Positions 22,921 to 35,429 of a DNA stretch of 64,000 nt are shown here, piece after piece; the first letter of the stretch is position 1; the number at the start of each line of letters is the position of its first letter. The stretch is from Chiloscyllium plagiosum. Taxonomy: Eukaryota. Location: NCBI RefSeq assembly GCF_004010195.1, contig NC_057718.1, positions 94,473,205 through 94,537,204 on the forward strand, in the 5' to 3' direction. A program made the translations under genes and the position numbers. The notes beneath the pieces were generated by a model, which was not told where the DNA came from, searched no databases, and worked only from the letters and a program-made list of their open reading frames with translations.

Positions 22921-23741
22921 AACAAGGGGTTGTGATGGAGTTTACAAGTTAGGACAGTGGGAGCAATCTTTTGAAACAAAGATGAGGACATTGAGCAGGA
23001 GGAACATCCCCTTCTGTGAGATAGAGCCCTGCAGCATCAGGTATAAGAAGCCAGACAGGACTTAATGGATATCCAGTTCCAGTCAATAAGAGCTGGTGTA
23101 ATGAGCTCTCATTGACCGTAAACTTGGTGCTTGACTTGAAAACAAGTGTTTCTGTTCTGAGAGGAAATGAAGTCTCTGTTTCTAAATAAATGTCTATTTG
23201 ATACACCTATAGGCTTTCCTGATGGTCTGCATTGAACAGTGATGAGATGTTGGGCTACTGTGGGAATTGGGGACGCAAAGAATAGTAGTGATTTAGCGAA
23301 GGTTATAAGGTAGGAAGTGGCTAAGGACATGGATGTGGCCTGGTACTTACACAGCGATAGTCGCAGAAAAGTATTGTTGTATCTGTAGTGCCATCTCTGT
23401 GTCCTTGAGAAGCATTAATTTGTGGTTGCTGTGCAACTTCATTGACAATGAAGTGCAACTCCAGACTGTTAACACTTGACCAGGAGTGCACAGATGAGGT
23501 TCCAAGATGGCTGCCATAATATCCCAGGATACCCCAATAGTGTCAAGTACTTCCGGCTATAGTGAGCAGTGGAATCGGGCTAGCGTCAGAGGATGTTATA
23601 GGGGTACAGTAGGAAGTTAATGTGGTGGATTTGGGATGATCGTTTTGTACAAGAAACTCAGTAGGCCACGCAAGGAGAAACTCTCCATAAAACTTGATGA
23701 AAATTACACTTTGCCAAAATACATAAAGTCTCAGACCTTTA

Positions 23742-23917
23742 CAGAGGAACCTCAATTATCCGAATGACACGGGCGGGGAGTATTTTGTTTGGATAATCAA
23801 ATGTTCAACTAATTGAATGCCGGATAACACAGTTTAGCCAAGCATCGGGACCTTGCGATCTTGTCCGGATAATCCTAAACTTGGATAATCGAATGCCGCA
23901 TAATCGAGGTTCCTCTA
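23742..23917. mobile_element. Tc1/mariner-Tigger type MITE (176 bp)
   Basis: TIRs CAGAGGAACCTCAATTATCCG / CGCATAATCGAGGTTCCTCTA flanked by TA dinucleotides (23740-41, 23918-19); internal GGATAATC subrepeats. Confidence 0.82.
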
Positions 23918-24407
23918 TATATAGAAAATAGGATGAGGCTGTTCAATCCTTTGAGCCTGTTCTACCTTTCGCTATGATCATGGCTGATCATCCAACTCAG
24001 TACTCTGTTTCCACTTTCTCCCTGTACTCTTTAATCCCTTACTAAATTTCTTCAGGCATTTCAAATTACAAAGTTATCCTAAATTCACATAACAGTGTTG
24101 ATGGGACTGAAAGATCTCTTCCCTTTTTTGTTTAATTTTAGACAATTTTACTTTTCTTATCTCCATAGAAACTATTTGGATTGTGTGTGTGGCTCCATTT
24201 TCTTTCAAAGCTCTTAAGATGGAGTTGGAATTCCATGCTTTCTGTTTATAAGAAATCAAAATCCTGCTGTGGCTCTGTTCAGGAATCCAATGTGCAATTG
24301 TCTCTATTAAGAAAGTTAACAAAAAAAGTTAAAAATGCAAAAAACTGTGCAGAGTTATAAAGCTGTTAATAACTGCAAAGGGCAGAGCAAAACACATGTA
24401 AAGGCGA

Positions 24408-24582
24408 AATAAAAATAAAATACTGCAGATGCTAGAACCTGGAGTGAAAACAGAAAATGTTGGAGAAACTCAGCAGGTTTGGCAGCAGCTTGGAAAGAGG
24501 AACAGAAGTTAGACCAGACACGAAACATTAGCTCAGCATGCTGCCAGACCTGCTGAGTTTCTCCAACGCTTCCTGTTTTTAC
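24408..24582. mobile_element. Old foldback PLE-derived element (relatives at 24710-24810, 37880-38085, 44900-45005, 45793-45925, 49676-49780)
   Basis: Inverted arms GGAGAAACTCAGCAGGTTTGGCAGCA / TGCTGCCAGACCTGCTGAGTTTCTCC; family carries a decayed CTGAAGA...GAAA motif. Confidence 0.65.
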
Positions 24583-25243
24583 TCACAAAGGCATGTCACC
24601 TTACACATGAAGTTTTCTGAATAAATTAATTTTTAAAGCCTACTTTTGGACTTCTAATACTTGTTCCTCCTATTTTAATTTGCACAAGTTTGTTATTTGG
24701 AGCTAAAATCAACAAAATGAGAAATTGCTGGGGAAACATAGCAGGGTCTAGCAATATCTGTGGAGAGAGAAAGCGAGTTAATGCTTCAGGTCTAGTGACC
24801 CTTCTTTAAATAGTCTGTCCTAGTTTCAATAGCCTTTGCAAGAGTTATTTTCTAAGTTGCTTTCTCTGGGGCATCCAAGAGCCAGCATTAAATTTCAGTT
24901 CACACAACTGAACACTTAAAATTAAAAATTGTTGAGCATACGTGTGTGTCTTTTTATCACTATAAGAGCTCCCTCATACAGCTGATTGTCGAGCTGTGTT
25001 TCATTAAGCATGAGTAAGACTTTCAGTTTTACAACAGGTTAATCAACCTTAAAACTCAATTTTGAATTGCACATAATGGAAATCAAACAGCGATTTGTCT
25101 TTTTCTGGACGGTTCCAGTTCAATGGCTGGTATTTATCTCTTATGAAGCAAGCTAATTCAATTCCTTAATAGCACAATGCTCACACTGAAATAACAAATG
25201 GTTACAGTTTCTCAGCTTCTAACAATCACTTTCAAATGAAGAC

Positions 25244-25597
25244 CTTTTTTTTCATATTTATCCAGAGGATGTGAGCACAGCATTCATTGCCCACCCCCGA
25301 ATTGCTCAGAGTGCTGTTAAGAGTCAACCACATTGCTGTGAGTCTGGAGTCACATGTAGGCCAGACCAGGTAAGGATGACAGTTTCCTTCCCTAAAGAGC
25401 ATTAGTGGCCCAGATGGGGTTTTCCCCTGACAACTGATAATGGTTTCATGGCCATTACTGGACTCTTCATTCCAGATTGTTGTTGAGTTCAAATTGCACC
25501 ATCTTCCTTGGTAAGATTCAAACCTGGGTCCCCAGCACATTACCTGGCTCTCTGAATTAATAATCTTGTGATAATACCACTAGGCTAAAGCCTCCCC
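25244..25597 (-). mobile_element. Second tRNA-derived SINE family (copies also 42920-43265 and 47240-48068)
   Basis: Minus head GGGAGG...GCCTAGTGGTATTATC, B-box-like GGTTTGAATC, core CCTTACCTGGTCTGGCCTACATGTGACTCCAGAC. Confidence 0.75.
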
Positions 25598-26271
25598 TTT
25601 ATGCAAACAAATGATAAAATAGAATTTTCATCGAGCAATTTTCAACTCCTACATTAAAAAGAAACAAGGGTTAACGACATCAAGACCCTTCACGCTGATA
25701 CAATCAGACAGACCTTCATACAGTGCTTTATCCTTTGTATATTTTAGAAATCCACGCTTGCATCTGTTCACTTCGATGGGGTGATCCCTTCAAGTGTCTG
25801 TTTATCTTCCAACTCTGAATGATCAAGCCTGCAACCTCCCACTTGCTCTTCACTTTGTGAAGACTAGTCCTTCCACTAATGTTCCCCAGCTCTCCAGTGC
25901 AGGCTAGTGCATCAGAAAGGGGAAGAGGAGCAATTTGCTCTCCTTCAGTCAGCACACCATTTTGTGCATGAGCCAATTTCTCAGAGGTACGGAGGGAATG
26001 AAAACATGGCGAGGGTGCTCAAAAAATCAGATGGGAATAGGCTGGCCCAGAGAAGGTCCTGCCACAGTTTTGGGGACAAACCCAGACAGGTTCATTCTTC
26101 ATTACCACAGAAGCGCCTGTGTTATGACCTCCTAACTTGCCTCTCAGTCAAGCCAACAGCTCTGATTGTCTACTTCCTTGGCAATTTCTCATTATGCCAA
26201 GAGGGATTACTTTTCTTGCAATTCAAATTTCAACACATCATTTTCTTACCTAACTTCATCAATTTGCTTAC

Positions 26272-26612
26272 TTATTATTCATTCATGGAATATGGATTTT
26301 GCTAGCTGGGCCAGCATTTATTGCCCTTAAGAAAGTGGTAGTGAGCTGCCTTCTTGAACTGCTGCAGTCCACATGCTATGGATAGACCCACAATGCTGTT
26401 GGGAAGGTGTTACAGGATTTTGGCCTAGTGTCAGTGAAGGAATGGCGATGTATTCCCAAATCAGGATATTGAGTGTCTTGGAGGGGAACGTGCAAGTGGT
26501 GATGTTCCCATGCTCCTGTCTGTTTACATGGTAGAATGTTAGGTAGGTGCTGTCTAAGGATCTCTAGTGAATTTCCACAGTGCATTTTGTAAATGGTACA
26601 CACAGTACTCAT
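26272..26612 (-). mobile_element. CR1-group LINE 3' fragment (family also at 35245-35430 on +)
   Basis: GAGCTGCCTTCTTGAACTGCTGCAGTCC and CCAGCATTTATTGCCC tail. Confidence 0.65.
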
Positions 26613-28233
26613 AAAGATGTTTCTTGCTTTTATTCTCAAATCCAGTCTAAAAGTTATGACATCTGGCCAAATGTTCTGCTACATCAACTATCTTTTGCAT
26701 CCTGCAAGTTTACTATGAATAACTTTTGTCTTTTATGAATTACTTCAGTTGTGTTTTATAGTGACCTGCTTCCTGAACAATTGCAGTTGTCTCTTGTTTC
26801 TGAACATTTTCACGAAGCAATATCATTTTGACGTTTACAAGAATTCTTTCGGTCCTTTTGGGTCTTGATCTTAGATTCTTGAGTTTTCTTTTTTTATCTG
26901 AAAACTGATGCTCTAAATCAAGAATTCTCTTTTGTCATTTTATTTCTGCTGAAACTTTTTTATGAAGGAGTTTATCTTTTCTCCACAGCCGCCTTAACTT
27001 GTGAATTTCTTGATACTTCTCTCTAACTGTTAAATTCATTATTCATTTATATATCACCTTTCAGTGCATATATCTCAAGAAGCCATGGCTTACAGCTGTA
27101 TCCCAAACTCCACTGCAACCTCATCAAAGTTCAGAAATTCTTCCTTTCAATCTTACCCCTTTCACATTAGGTACTGTCACAAGTCATATCTCATGTGTCC
27201 TGATCTCTTACACTTCAACCTGTCACCAATATGTGAGTTTTAGAAAGCTTGTTTAGATAATTTCAGATTTGTTCAGTTTGGTTGAACTTGCCAAATTAAT
27301 CATCTCGAATTTCGACATTCAAACTACGTAGTTCAACAGTTTTGGGTTCAACGGAATTATATCACCCGGCAGGACTCAGACACTGAGTTAGTGATTCACA
27401 CCAAGCCTTATGGTAGACATTTCAAAAACACAAGGACTAACAATTGGACATGCCAGTCTGGTGTAAGAGTAAAACGGGGAAGCTGACCCAACCATGGTTA
27501 ACAATGGAAATTAGGGATTGTGTTCAAGCCAAAGGTGAGGCACATAAATTGATCAGCAAAAACAGCAACCCTGAGGACTGGGTGAAACTTAAAATGTGGC
27601 AGAGGAGGACAAAGGGTTTAATTCAGAAGGGAAAAATATAATACATGAGTAAGCTTGCGGAAAACATAGAAACTGACTTCAGAAGTTTATATAGCTAATG
27701 TGAAGAGAAAAAGACTGGTGAAGACAAATTACACTTCAAACCAGGTGAATTCATAACGGACAACAAAGAGATAGCAGACCAGTTGAACAAATACTTTGGA
27801 ACTGCCTTCATTAAGGAGGACACAAATAACCTTCAGGAAATGCAAGGGGACATTAGGTCAAGCATGAAGGAGGAACTGAAAGAAATCCTTATTAGTCAGG
27901 AAACGGTATTGGGGAAAGCTGGGAATTTGTGTTGCAGACATTTCGTCCCCTGTCTAGGTGACATCCTCAGTGCTTGGGAGCCTCCTGTGAAGCGCTTCTG
28001 TGATCTTTCCTCCGGCATTTGTAGTGGTTTGAATCTGCCGCTTCCAGTTGTCAGTTCCAGCTGTCCGTTGCAGTGGTCGGTATATTGGGTCCAGGTCGAT
28101 GTGCTTGTTGATTGAATCTGTGGATGAGTGCCATGCCTCTAGGAATTCCCTGGCTGTTCTCTGTTTGGCTTGTCCTATAATAGTAGTGTTGTCCCAGTCG
28201 AATTCATGTTGCTTGTCATCTGCATGTGTGGCT

Positions 28234-28969
28234 GCACACAAAAGAAGTTGCATCAAGACTCTATTCAAAAGGGCCACAACACACTGCAGTATACCAAAAC
28301 TGCAAAAAGAGGAAGAAGAACACCTCTACAATGTATTTGCCAAAAACGGATACCCCCGCAATTTCATCAAGGGAAAGACAACGGAATAAGGACATGCCAC
28401 AACCCAAAGGACTAGCCACGTTACCATACATCAAGAGCATTTCCGAACTGACAGCCAGACTACTGCGACCCCTAGGACTCATAACAGCACACAAATCAAC
28501 AGCTACTCTCAGACAACAACTCATCAGAACGAAGGACCCGATACCCTGCATGAGCAAACTCATTGTAGTGTACAAAATCCCATGCAAGGACTGCACAAAA
28601 CACTACATAGGACAAACGGGAAGACAGCTAACAATCTGCATCCATGAACACCAACTAGCCACGAAACGACACAACCAGCTATCCTCAGTAGCCACACACG
28701 CAGATGACAAGCAACATGAATTCGACTGGGACAACACTACTATTATAGGACAAGCCAAACAGAGAACAGCCAGGGAATTCCTAGAGGCATGGCACTCATC
28801 CACAAGTTCAATCAATAAGCACATCGACCTGGACCCAATATACCGACCACTGCAACGGACAGCTGGAACTGACAACTGGAAGCGGCAGATTCAAACCACT
28901 ACAAATGCCGGAGGAAAGATCACAGAAGCGCTTCACAGGAGGCTCCCAAGCACTGAGGATGTCACCTAG
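28234..28969 (+). pseudogene. PLE RT C-terminus and GIY-YIG endonuclease (frameshift near 28370)
   Basis: HKRSCIKTLFKRATTHCS...NGYP, then LPYIKSISE...VVYKIPCKDCTKHYIGQTGRQL...HEH...REFLEAWHS. Confidence 0.9.
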
Positions 28970-28989
28970 ACAGGGGACGAAACGTCTGC
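28950..28989 (+). ncRNA. Minimal hammerhead ribozyme motif in the PLE pLTR (mirror copy 27934-27973 on -)
   Basis: GCA-CTGAGGA (28953-28959)-T-GTC-A-CCT-AGAC-AGG-G-GAC-GAAAC-GTC-TGC; stem I GCA/TGC. Confidence 0.78.
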
Positions 28990-30612
28990 AACACAAATTC
29001 CCAGCTCGGCGAACAGAACCACAACAACGAGCACCCGAGCTACAAACCTTCTCCCAAACTTTGGTATTGGGGAAATTGATGGGATTAAAACCCGATCAGT
29101 CCCCAGGGCCTGATGCTCTACATCCCAGAGTACTTGAAAAAATGGCCCTTGAAATAGTGGATGCATTGGTGATCATTTTCCACCATTCTATAGAATCTGG
29201 AAGAGTTCTGATGGAGTGGACGGTAGCTAATGTAACACCACTTTTTAAAAATGTGGGAGAGAGAACACAGGGATTTATAGGCCAGTTCGCATAACATCCG
29301 TGGTAGGGAAAGTGCTGGTGTCAATTATTAAGGGTATAATTGTTGAGTATTTGGAAAAGCGGTGACAGGATCAGTCCAGGTCAGCATGGATTCACTGAAG
29401 GGAAATCATGCTTGACAAATCTTCTGGAATTTTCTGAGGATGTGATCAGTAGAGTGGACAATGTTGAATCAGTGGATGTTGTGTATTTGGACCTTCAAAA
29501 GGCTTTTGACAAGGTCCCACATGAGATTAATAAGGAAATGTAAAGCTCATGGATGTGGAGAGAATGTATTGATGTGGATAGAAAACTGGTTGGCAGACAG
29601 GAAGCAGAGAGTTGGAATAAATGGATACTTTTCAGTAACAGGGACTGACGAATGGGGTACCACAGGGTTCAGTGCTGGAACCTCAGCTGTTCGCGTTATA
29701 CATTAATGATTGAGATGAAAGAATTGAATGCCATATCTCCAAATTTGCAGATGACACTAAGCTGGGTGGCAGTGTGCTGTGAGGAGGATGTTAAGAGAGG
29801 CCGCAGGGTGACTTGGACAGACCGGCTGAGTGGGCAAATACTTGGCAAATGCAATATAATGTGGATAAATGTGAGGTTATCTAGTTTGGTGGCAAAACCA
29901 GGAAGGCAGATCATTATCTGAATGGTGCCAGTTTAGGAAAAGGTGAGGTGCAACAAGACCCGGGTGTCATGATGGAGCAGTCATTGAAGGTTAGCATGTA
30001 GGTGCAGCAGGCAGTGAGGGAAGCTAATGGCATGCTGGCCCTCATAACGAGAGGATTTGAGTATTGGAGTATGGGTGGCTTGCTGCAGTTATAGTGGGCC
30101 TTGGTGAGGCCACATCTTGAGTACAGTTTTGGGCTCCCAAGCCTGAGGAAGAACATTCTTATTGAGGGAGTTCAGTGAAGGTTCACCAGACTGATTCCCG
30201 GGATGGCAAGACTGATATATGAGGAAATACTGGATCGAACTGGGCTTCTATCCCCTGGAATGAGGGGCAATCTCATGGAAACATATAAAATCCTGATGGG
30301 ACTGGACAATAGATGCAGGAAGAATGTTCCCGATTTTGGTGAAGTCCGGTCTAAGAGAGGTCACAGTCTAAGGAATAAGGGGTAGGTCATTCAGGACTGA
30401 GAAAAGGAACAATTTCTTCACTCAGTGAGTTGTCAACCTGTGAAATTCTCTCCCACAGGAAGCCATTCATTAGTATATTCATGAGAGAGCAAGATGTACC
30501 TCTTGCAGCTAAAGGCATCACAGGGTATGGAGAGAAAGCGGGAGTGGGATACTGCAAATGCATGATCAGCCATGATCGTATTAAATGGTGGGGCAGGCTC
30601 AAAGGGCCAAAT

Positions 30613-30666
30613 AGGTAAAAACAATGACTGCAGATGCTGTGCTCTTCCAGCACCACTGATCCAGAA
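30613..30666. mobile_element. 54-bp PLE micro-insert with internal inversion
   Basis: 14-bp TSD TCAAAGGGCCAAAT at 30599-30612 and 30667-30680; halves match opposite strands of the 8203/16234 family. Confidence 0.8.
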
Positions 30667-32635
30667 TCAAAGGGCCAAATGGCCAACACTGGCACCGATT
30701 TTCTACGATTCTAAGTCTATTGAATGCAAATGAACCCAAATGATACAATCATCTCATAACTGGAGATAATTTAGTTAACAAACAAAAGACAAAAAAGGAA
30801 TACTTTTCAGATTAGATTTTTCTATCTGTTTGAAGCACAAGGCAGTGGGGGATTTTATATTGGTTGCCTTCTCCCTTAGAATGGCAGGCCTTCATTCATT
30901 TGTGTGTTTGGGGCTTTGAGATCCAGGGATAGTATTAGCTGGAAGGTTTCTGGATGTGTCTTCTTGCATTTCTGAGCCTGTTCTCAGAGCATTTAAAATA
31001 CTTTTAAATTTTAAAGCATTCAAGCAGTTTTAAGCTCAAAACTTCAAATTTTAAAGCTCTGAGTTAATGTAACTATATAAATAAGAAAAGAATCACTAAT
31101 GGTTACTAGTCACTTGTTCTTCGTCTGGTTTACATCTTCTATCTTTGCTTCTTTGAAACTCAAATCCAGAGTTCATCTCAGGAGAGTTACTTGATTTATA
31201 TCTGCGTTCAAGTACCAGCCCTCTTTCAGAAAAAAAAATACAGGTTGCAGTTTTAAAGTTCTATATGCCCTAAAGTAATCCAAGATTAAGATCCATGGTC
31301 AGTGAGCTATAAATATCTGTTGGATCTTTTAATAACTCATTGTCCACATCCTTCTTTCATCATCAGAGATAGCATTAACATTGTTGCAGCAGGTAAAGAG
31401 TCCCTGCGAGAGGCAAAGTGCATCTCGCTAATGGTCCAACCAGATCCCAGGCGATGTTCCCAAATTGTAATGGTTCCAGACAGAATACGCTAAAAATGCC
31501 AAGCTCTAAGGTAAGGAGGTACGATCTAATTCTCCTTCTTTATTCATCCACCTCATGGTTGGTCACAACAACATTAATTTGGACACCTTTCTCTCAAACC
31601 AAATGCATTTATGTTTGAAAAGGAGCCAATTTAACTAGGATTTCTTGAGATAACAAACAATTGAGTTCCTAAATGCGAGAAGGAAAAATAAAGCAACACA
31701 CGGAGTCAGAGATTAGAAGTGAGAAGTGAATTAAAAAAAAGTTGAGAGATATACTGATCCATCTCTGTGAGTCATTTGTGAATGGTAGATTGTGGAATGT
31801 TGATAGTTGAACAGTCAACTTTGAGGATTCTTGGCTGTGCAGGTTAGTTGAAATTTGTTTGCCTTGTTTTCTTCTAACAGTGGTTGACTAGCAGATCTCA
31901 GAGTGAAAGGCTGCTCCTGTTGTCCTGTTTGCTAGCTAGCAATCTTCTATCAGGTAGAGTAAGAGACTTCTTTACTTGCAATGCAGTAGTGACTTATGGG
32001 TGTCACTTAAACCATGGATCTTTACAGCACACTAGTGGTTGAACCCAGGCTAATACCACAAGTATCTCAGCTCACTAACACTCCTTCTTCCACTAGCGCA
32101 CACAGGCCAGGATTGAACTGGATTTTAACCCATGTACTCTTGAAAGAAGAAGACACAAAACATATTCCTTGCCCAACTGCTCTCTCTTCCTCCATAATGT
32201 TCACAATCTGAGATAACTCCCAGGAGTTTATAGTTCAGTATGTAATGCACTTTCTCTTTTTCAAGTCTATCTTTTTGAAGTTCCCTTGACATCTGTTCAG
32301 ATGTGACATTTCAGTATCTCTCTTTCTCTCTGTCCAGAATTTACATCTGCAGTGATTTTTGGCTGTATGTCACTTTCCTTTAAAACAAATTGTCATGAAG
32401 TGTTCTGTGTATTCATGGGTGATATCCATCGTCATGATACTTGCAAGCAATTTAAGGTAATTCAATGAAGCTTGTAACCTGGCTCATTTACATTTTCTGG
32501 AAGTGATGCATATTCATAAGCAGGGACATTGCTGTTGTGTTTAACCTGAACATGAATGTCCAAGCACCAGAGTACTCTTTGCTCCTCCATTGCAATATCC
32601 GACGACTTCACACATTGTGATGCTGAAAACCTGAA

Positions 32636-32878
32636 AGATTTAAAAGGGACCTAAGGGGCAACTTTTTCACACAGAGGGTGGTGCGTGTATGGAATGAGGA
32701 AGTGGTGGAGGCTGGTACAATTGCAATATTTAAAAGACATGAGATGAATTTATGAATAGGAAGGTTTCAGAGGGATGTGGGCCAAGTGCTGGCAAATGGG
32801 ACAAGATTAACTTAGGATACCTGGTCAGTATGGACAAGTTGAATTGAAGGGTCTGTTGTTAAACACTATGACTCTATG
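32636..32878 (+). mobile_element. CR1 tail
   Basis: GACCTAAGGGGCAACTTTTTCACACAGAGGGTGG...CTATGACTCTATG. Confidence 0.85.
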
Positions 32879-33711
32879 CATTATTTTTGGTTCTATGTTT
32901 GAGTATTGAAATACAGTCCAAGCCAAGCTCCCAGTCTCCATAAAATTTGTCATAAAAAACTCTTACTCTCTGTGTCCTAACTCATCTCATTCACCCTTCA
33001 TCTCTCTCTGCTGGCTGACCTGGCAGTAATGTAGTAAGGAGCAAGTTACACTCCATTGCAGTTCCTATGCTCTGTCTATGCCTGGCAGAGTGGAGCTAAA
33101 CGATTCAATGTATTATTACGTAGGGATTGGTGGGGATGTGGGGAATTCTGCCTGCTGGATTGCATGAGTTCATAACAGTATGACTCAGGATCTCCCAGTA
33201 TTGCATCTATCATGCACCAGAAACACGAAGAGTCAAATAAAGGTCAAGCAACAGATATGGCTGCCCATCCACTGTTACTAAGCTGCCTTTGGTTGCTCAA
33301 TGCCTCAGTACTGCAAATGTCATAGTTGGAAAACCACAAATGCTAATCGGATTTCCTTAACTCTCAACACAAACAGTCATACTTTTACGACAGAAATCTA
33401 ACTGGCTTTCACTTATCACAGAATGTCAGAGGATCACAGCATGTTTACATGAAACAAAATAAACTGACCTGCCCTTAAGTCATTACTAATGGTTTCTTCG
33501 CACTTAGTGATTGATTTTAATATTATATCATTGAGAAGCGATGGTAATGACTGGAATTTCTGCTGACAATCGGACACCACTGGTAGGGAGGTGAAGCAAG
33601 CTTGTGGAGCTGAAATGGCTCACTCGTGTTCCCAAGATGCCTGTATGAGTTTTTTTCCCCTCAGCCCTCAGTCACCTTCCCTTCCCTGATTGAAACATCC
33701 AAAATACTTTG

Positions 33712-34025
33712 ATCATAGAATCCCTACAGTGTGAAAGCAGGCCATCTGCACCAACCCTCCGAAAAGATTTCCACCCTATCCCTGTAACCCTGCTTTTCCA
33801 ATGGCCAATCCACCTAACCTACATGTCCCAGGACAATGTGGGCAATTTAGCACAGCCAATCCACCCTCACCTGCACACCTTTGGATTATGGGAGGAAAAC
33901 GGAGAACCCGGAGGAAACCCACGCAGACAAGGGGTGGGGAGTGTGCAAACTCCACACAGACAGTCACCCGAGGCTAGAATTGAACCCGTGTCCCTGTGAG
34001 GTGGCTGTGCTAACCACTGACCATG
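33712..34025 (-). mobile_element. HE1-like SINE
   Basis: Tail GAATCCCTACAGTGTG, core, GCTAACCACTGA end. Confidence 0.88.
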
Positions 34026-34324
34026 TCTACCTGTGCTGTGTCCCATTTGCCTGTCACTTTTGCATTTGCTAAATTTGCAGAGACCAAGTCTCAGCCCCGT
34101 ATTTAAATCTCTCAGTGGTCTCACTTCTCCATGTCTTGGTCATCTCACACAAGCCTAACCCGCCTTCTTTCCCTTTTGCCTTAACAGCCTGGCCTCAGAA
34201 ATGAGGGGCCCTTTATTGAATGAGAGATGAAACAAACTCCTTGGCTGTTCTCTCGGGTGGATCTAAAGGATCGCTTGGCACCATTGTGAAAAAGGAGACA
34301 GTGAGGTCTGCAGATGCTGGAGAT

Positions 34325-35243
34325 CATAGAACATAGAACAAGACAGCACAGAACAGGCCCTTCGGCCCATGATGTTGTGCCGAATAGTTGTCCTAGCCTA
34401 AGCACCTATCCATGTACCTATCCAATTGCCGCTTAAAGGTCACCAATGATTCTGACTCTGCCACTCCCACAGGCAGCGCATTCCATGCCCCCACCACTCT
34501 CTGGGTAAAGAACCTACCCCTGATATCCCCTCTATACCTTCCACCCTTCACCTTAATTTATGTCACCTTGTAACACTCTGTTGTACCCTCCTGTACAGCT
34601 GCAACATCACCTCACGACTCTTGAATTCAATCCCTCTGCTAATGAACGCTAAACACCATGGGCCTTCTTACAAGCTCTATCCACCTGAGTAGCAACTTTC
34701 AAAGAGCTATGAACATAGACCCCAAGATCCCTCTGCTCTTCCACTTACTAAGAACCCTACCGTTAACCCTGTATTCCACATTCTTATTTGTCCTTCCAAA
34801 ATGGACAACCTCACACTTGACAGGGTTGAACTCTATCTGCCACTCGTCAGCCCAGCTCTGCATCATATCCCTTTGCAGCCGACAACAGCCCTCCTCACTA
34901 TCCACAACTCCACCAATCTTCGTATTGTCTGCAAATTTACTGACCCACCCTTCGACTCCCTCTTCCAAGTCATTAATAAACTTTACAAACAGCAGAGGAG
35001 CCAGAACTGATCCCTGCGGAACACCACTTGTAACTGGGCTCCAGGCTGAATATTTACCATCTACCACCCCTCTCTGACTTCGACCGGTTAGCCAGTTCTC
35101 TATCCAACTGGCCAAATTTCCCACTATCCCATGCCTCTTGACTTTCCGCATAAGCCTACCATGGGGAACCTTATCAAATGCCTTACTAAAATCCATATAC
35201 ACGACATCCACTGCTCTACCCTCATCCACATGCTTGGTCACCT
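34325..35243 (-). mobile_element. CR1 RT/3' fragment
   Basis: ORF 34699-35241: YMDFSKAFDKVPH, SGVPQGSVLAPLLF, SKFADNTK; (CATAGAA)n tail. Confidence 0.92.
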
Positions 35244-35429
35244 GACTCGGAAATATATCGTCATTCCTTCAGGGTCTCTGGGTCACATTCCCTCCTTTAA
35301 CAGCTCTGGGAAGTCTATCTACAGTACATGGACTGCAGAGGTTCAAAAAGGCAGCTCCCCACTAACTTCTCAAAGGCAATTAGAGACAGGGAAGAAATGC
35401 CGACCCAACTACCAACACTTACATCCCAC

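Larger units (their letters stand above)
27918..29062 (+). mobile_element. Young Penelope-like element with 5' inverted arm
   Basis: 13-bp TSD GGTATTGGGGAAA at 27905-27917 and 29063-29075; 27918-28233 is an inverted copy of 28690-29005. Confidence 0.93.
27445..30720 (+). mobile_element. 5'-truncated CR1 ORF2, host of two PLE inserts
   Basis: QPWLTMEIRDC, SPGPDALHPRVL, QHGFTEGKSCLTNLLEF, YLDLQKAFDKVPH, FADDTK; tail ends ~30715. Confidence 0.88.

Noticed and set aside
25690..26130. DIRS tyrosine recombinase or host exon on the minus strand (NLSGFVPKTV...GQPI)
   Set aside because: Only a short resemblance; catalytic motifs not found, frames closed, no clear splice sites.
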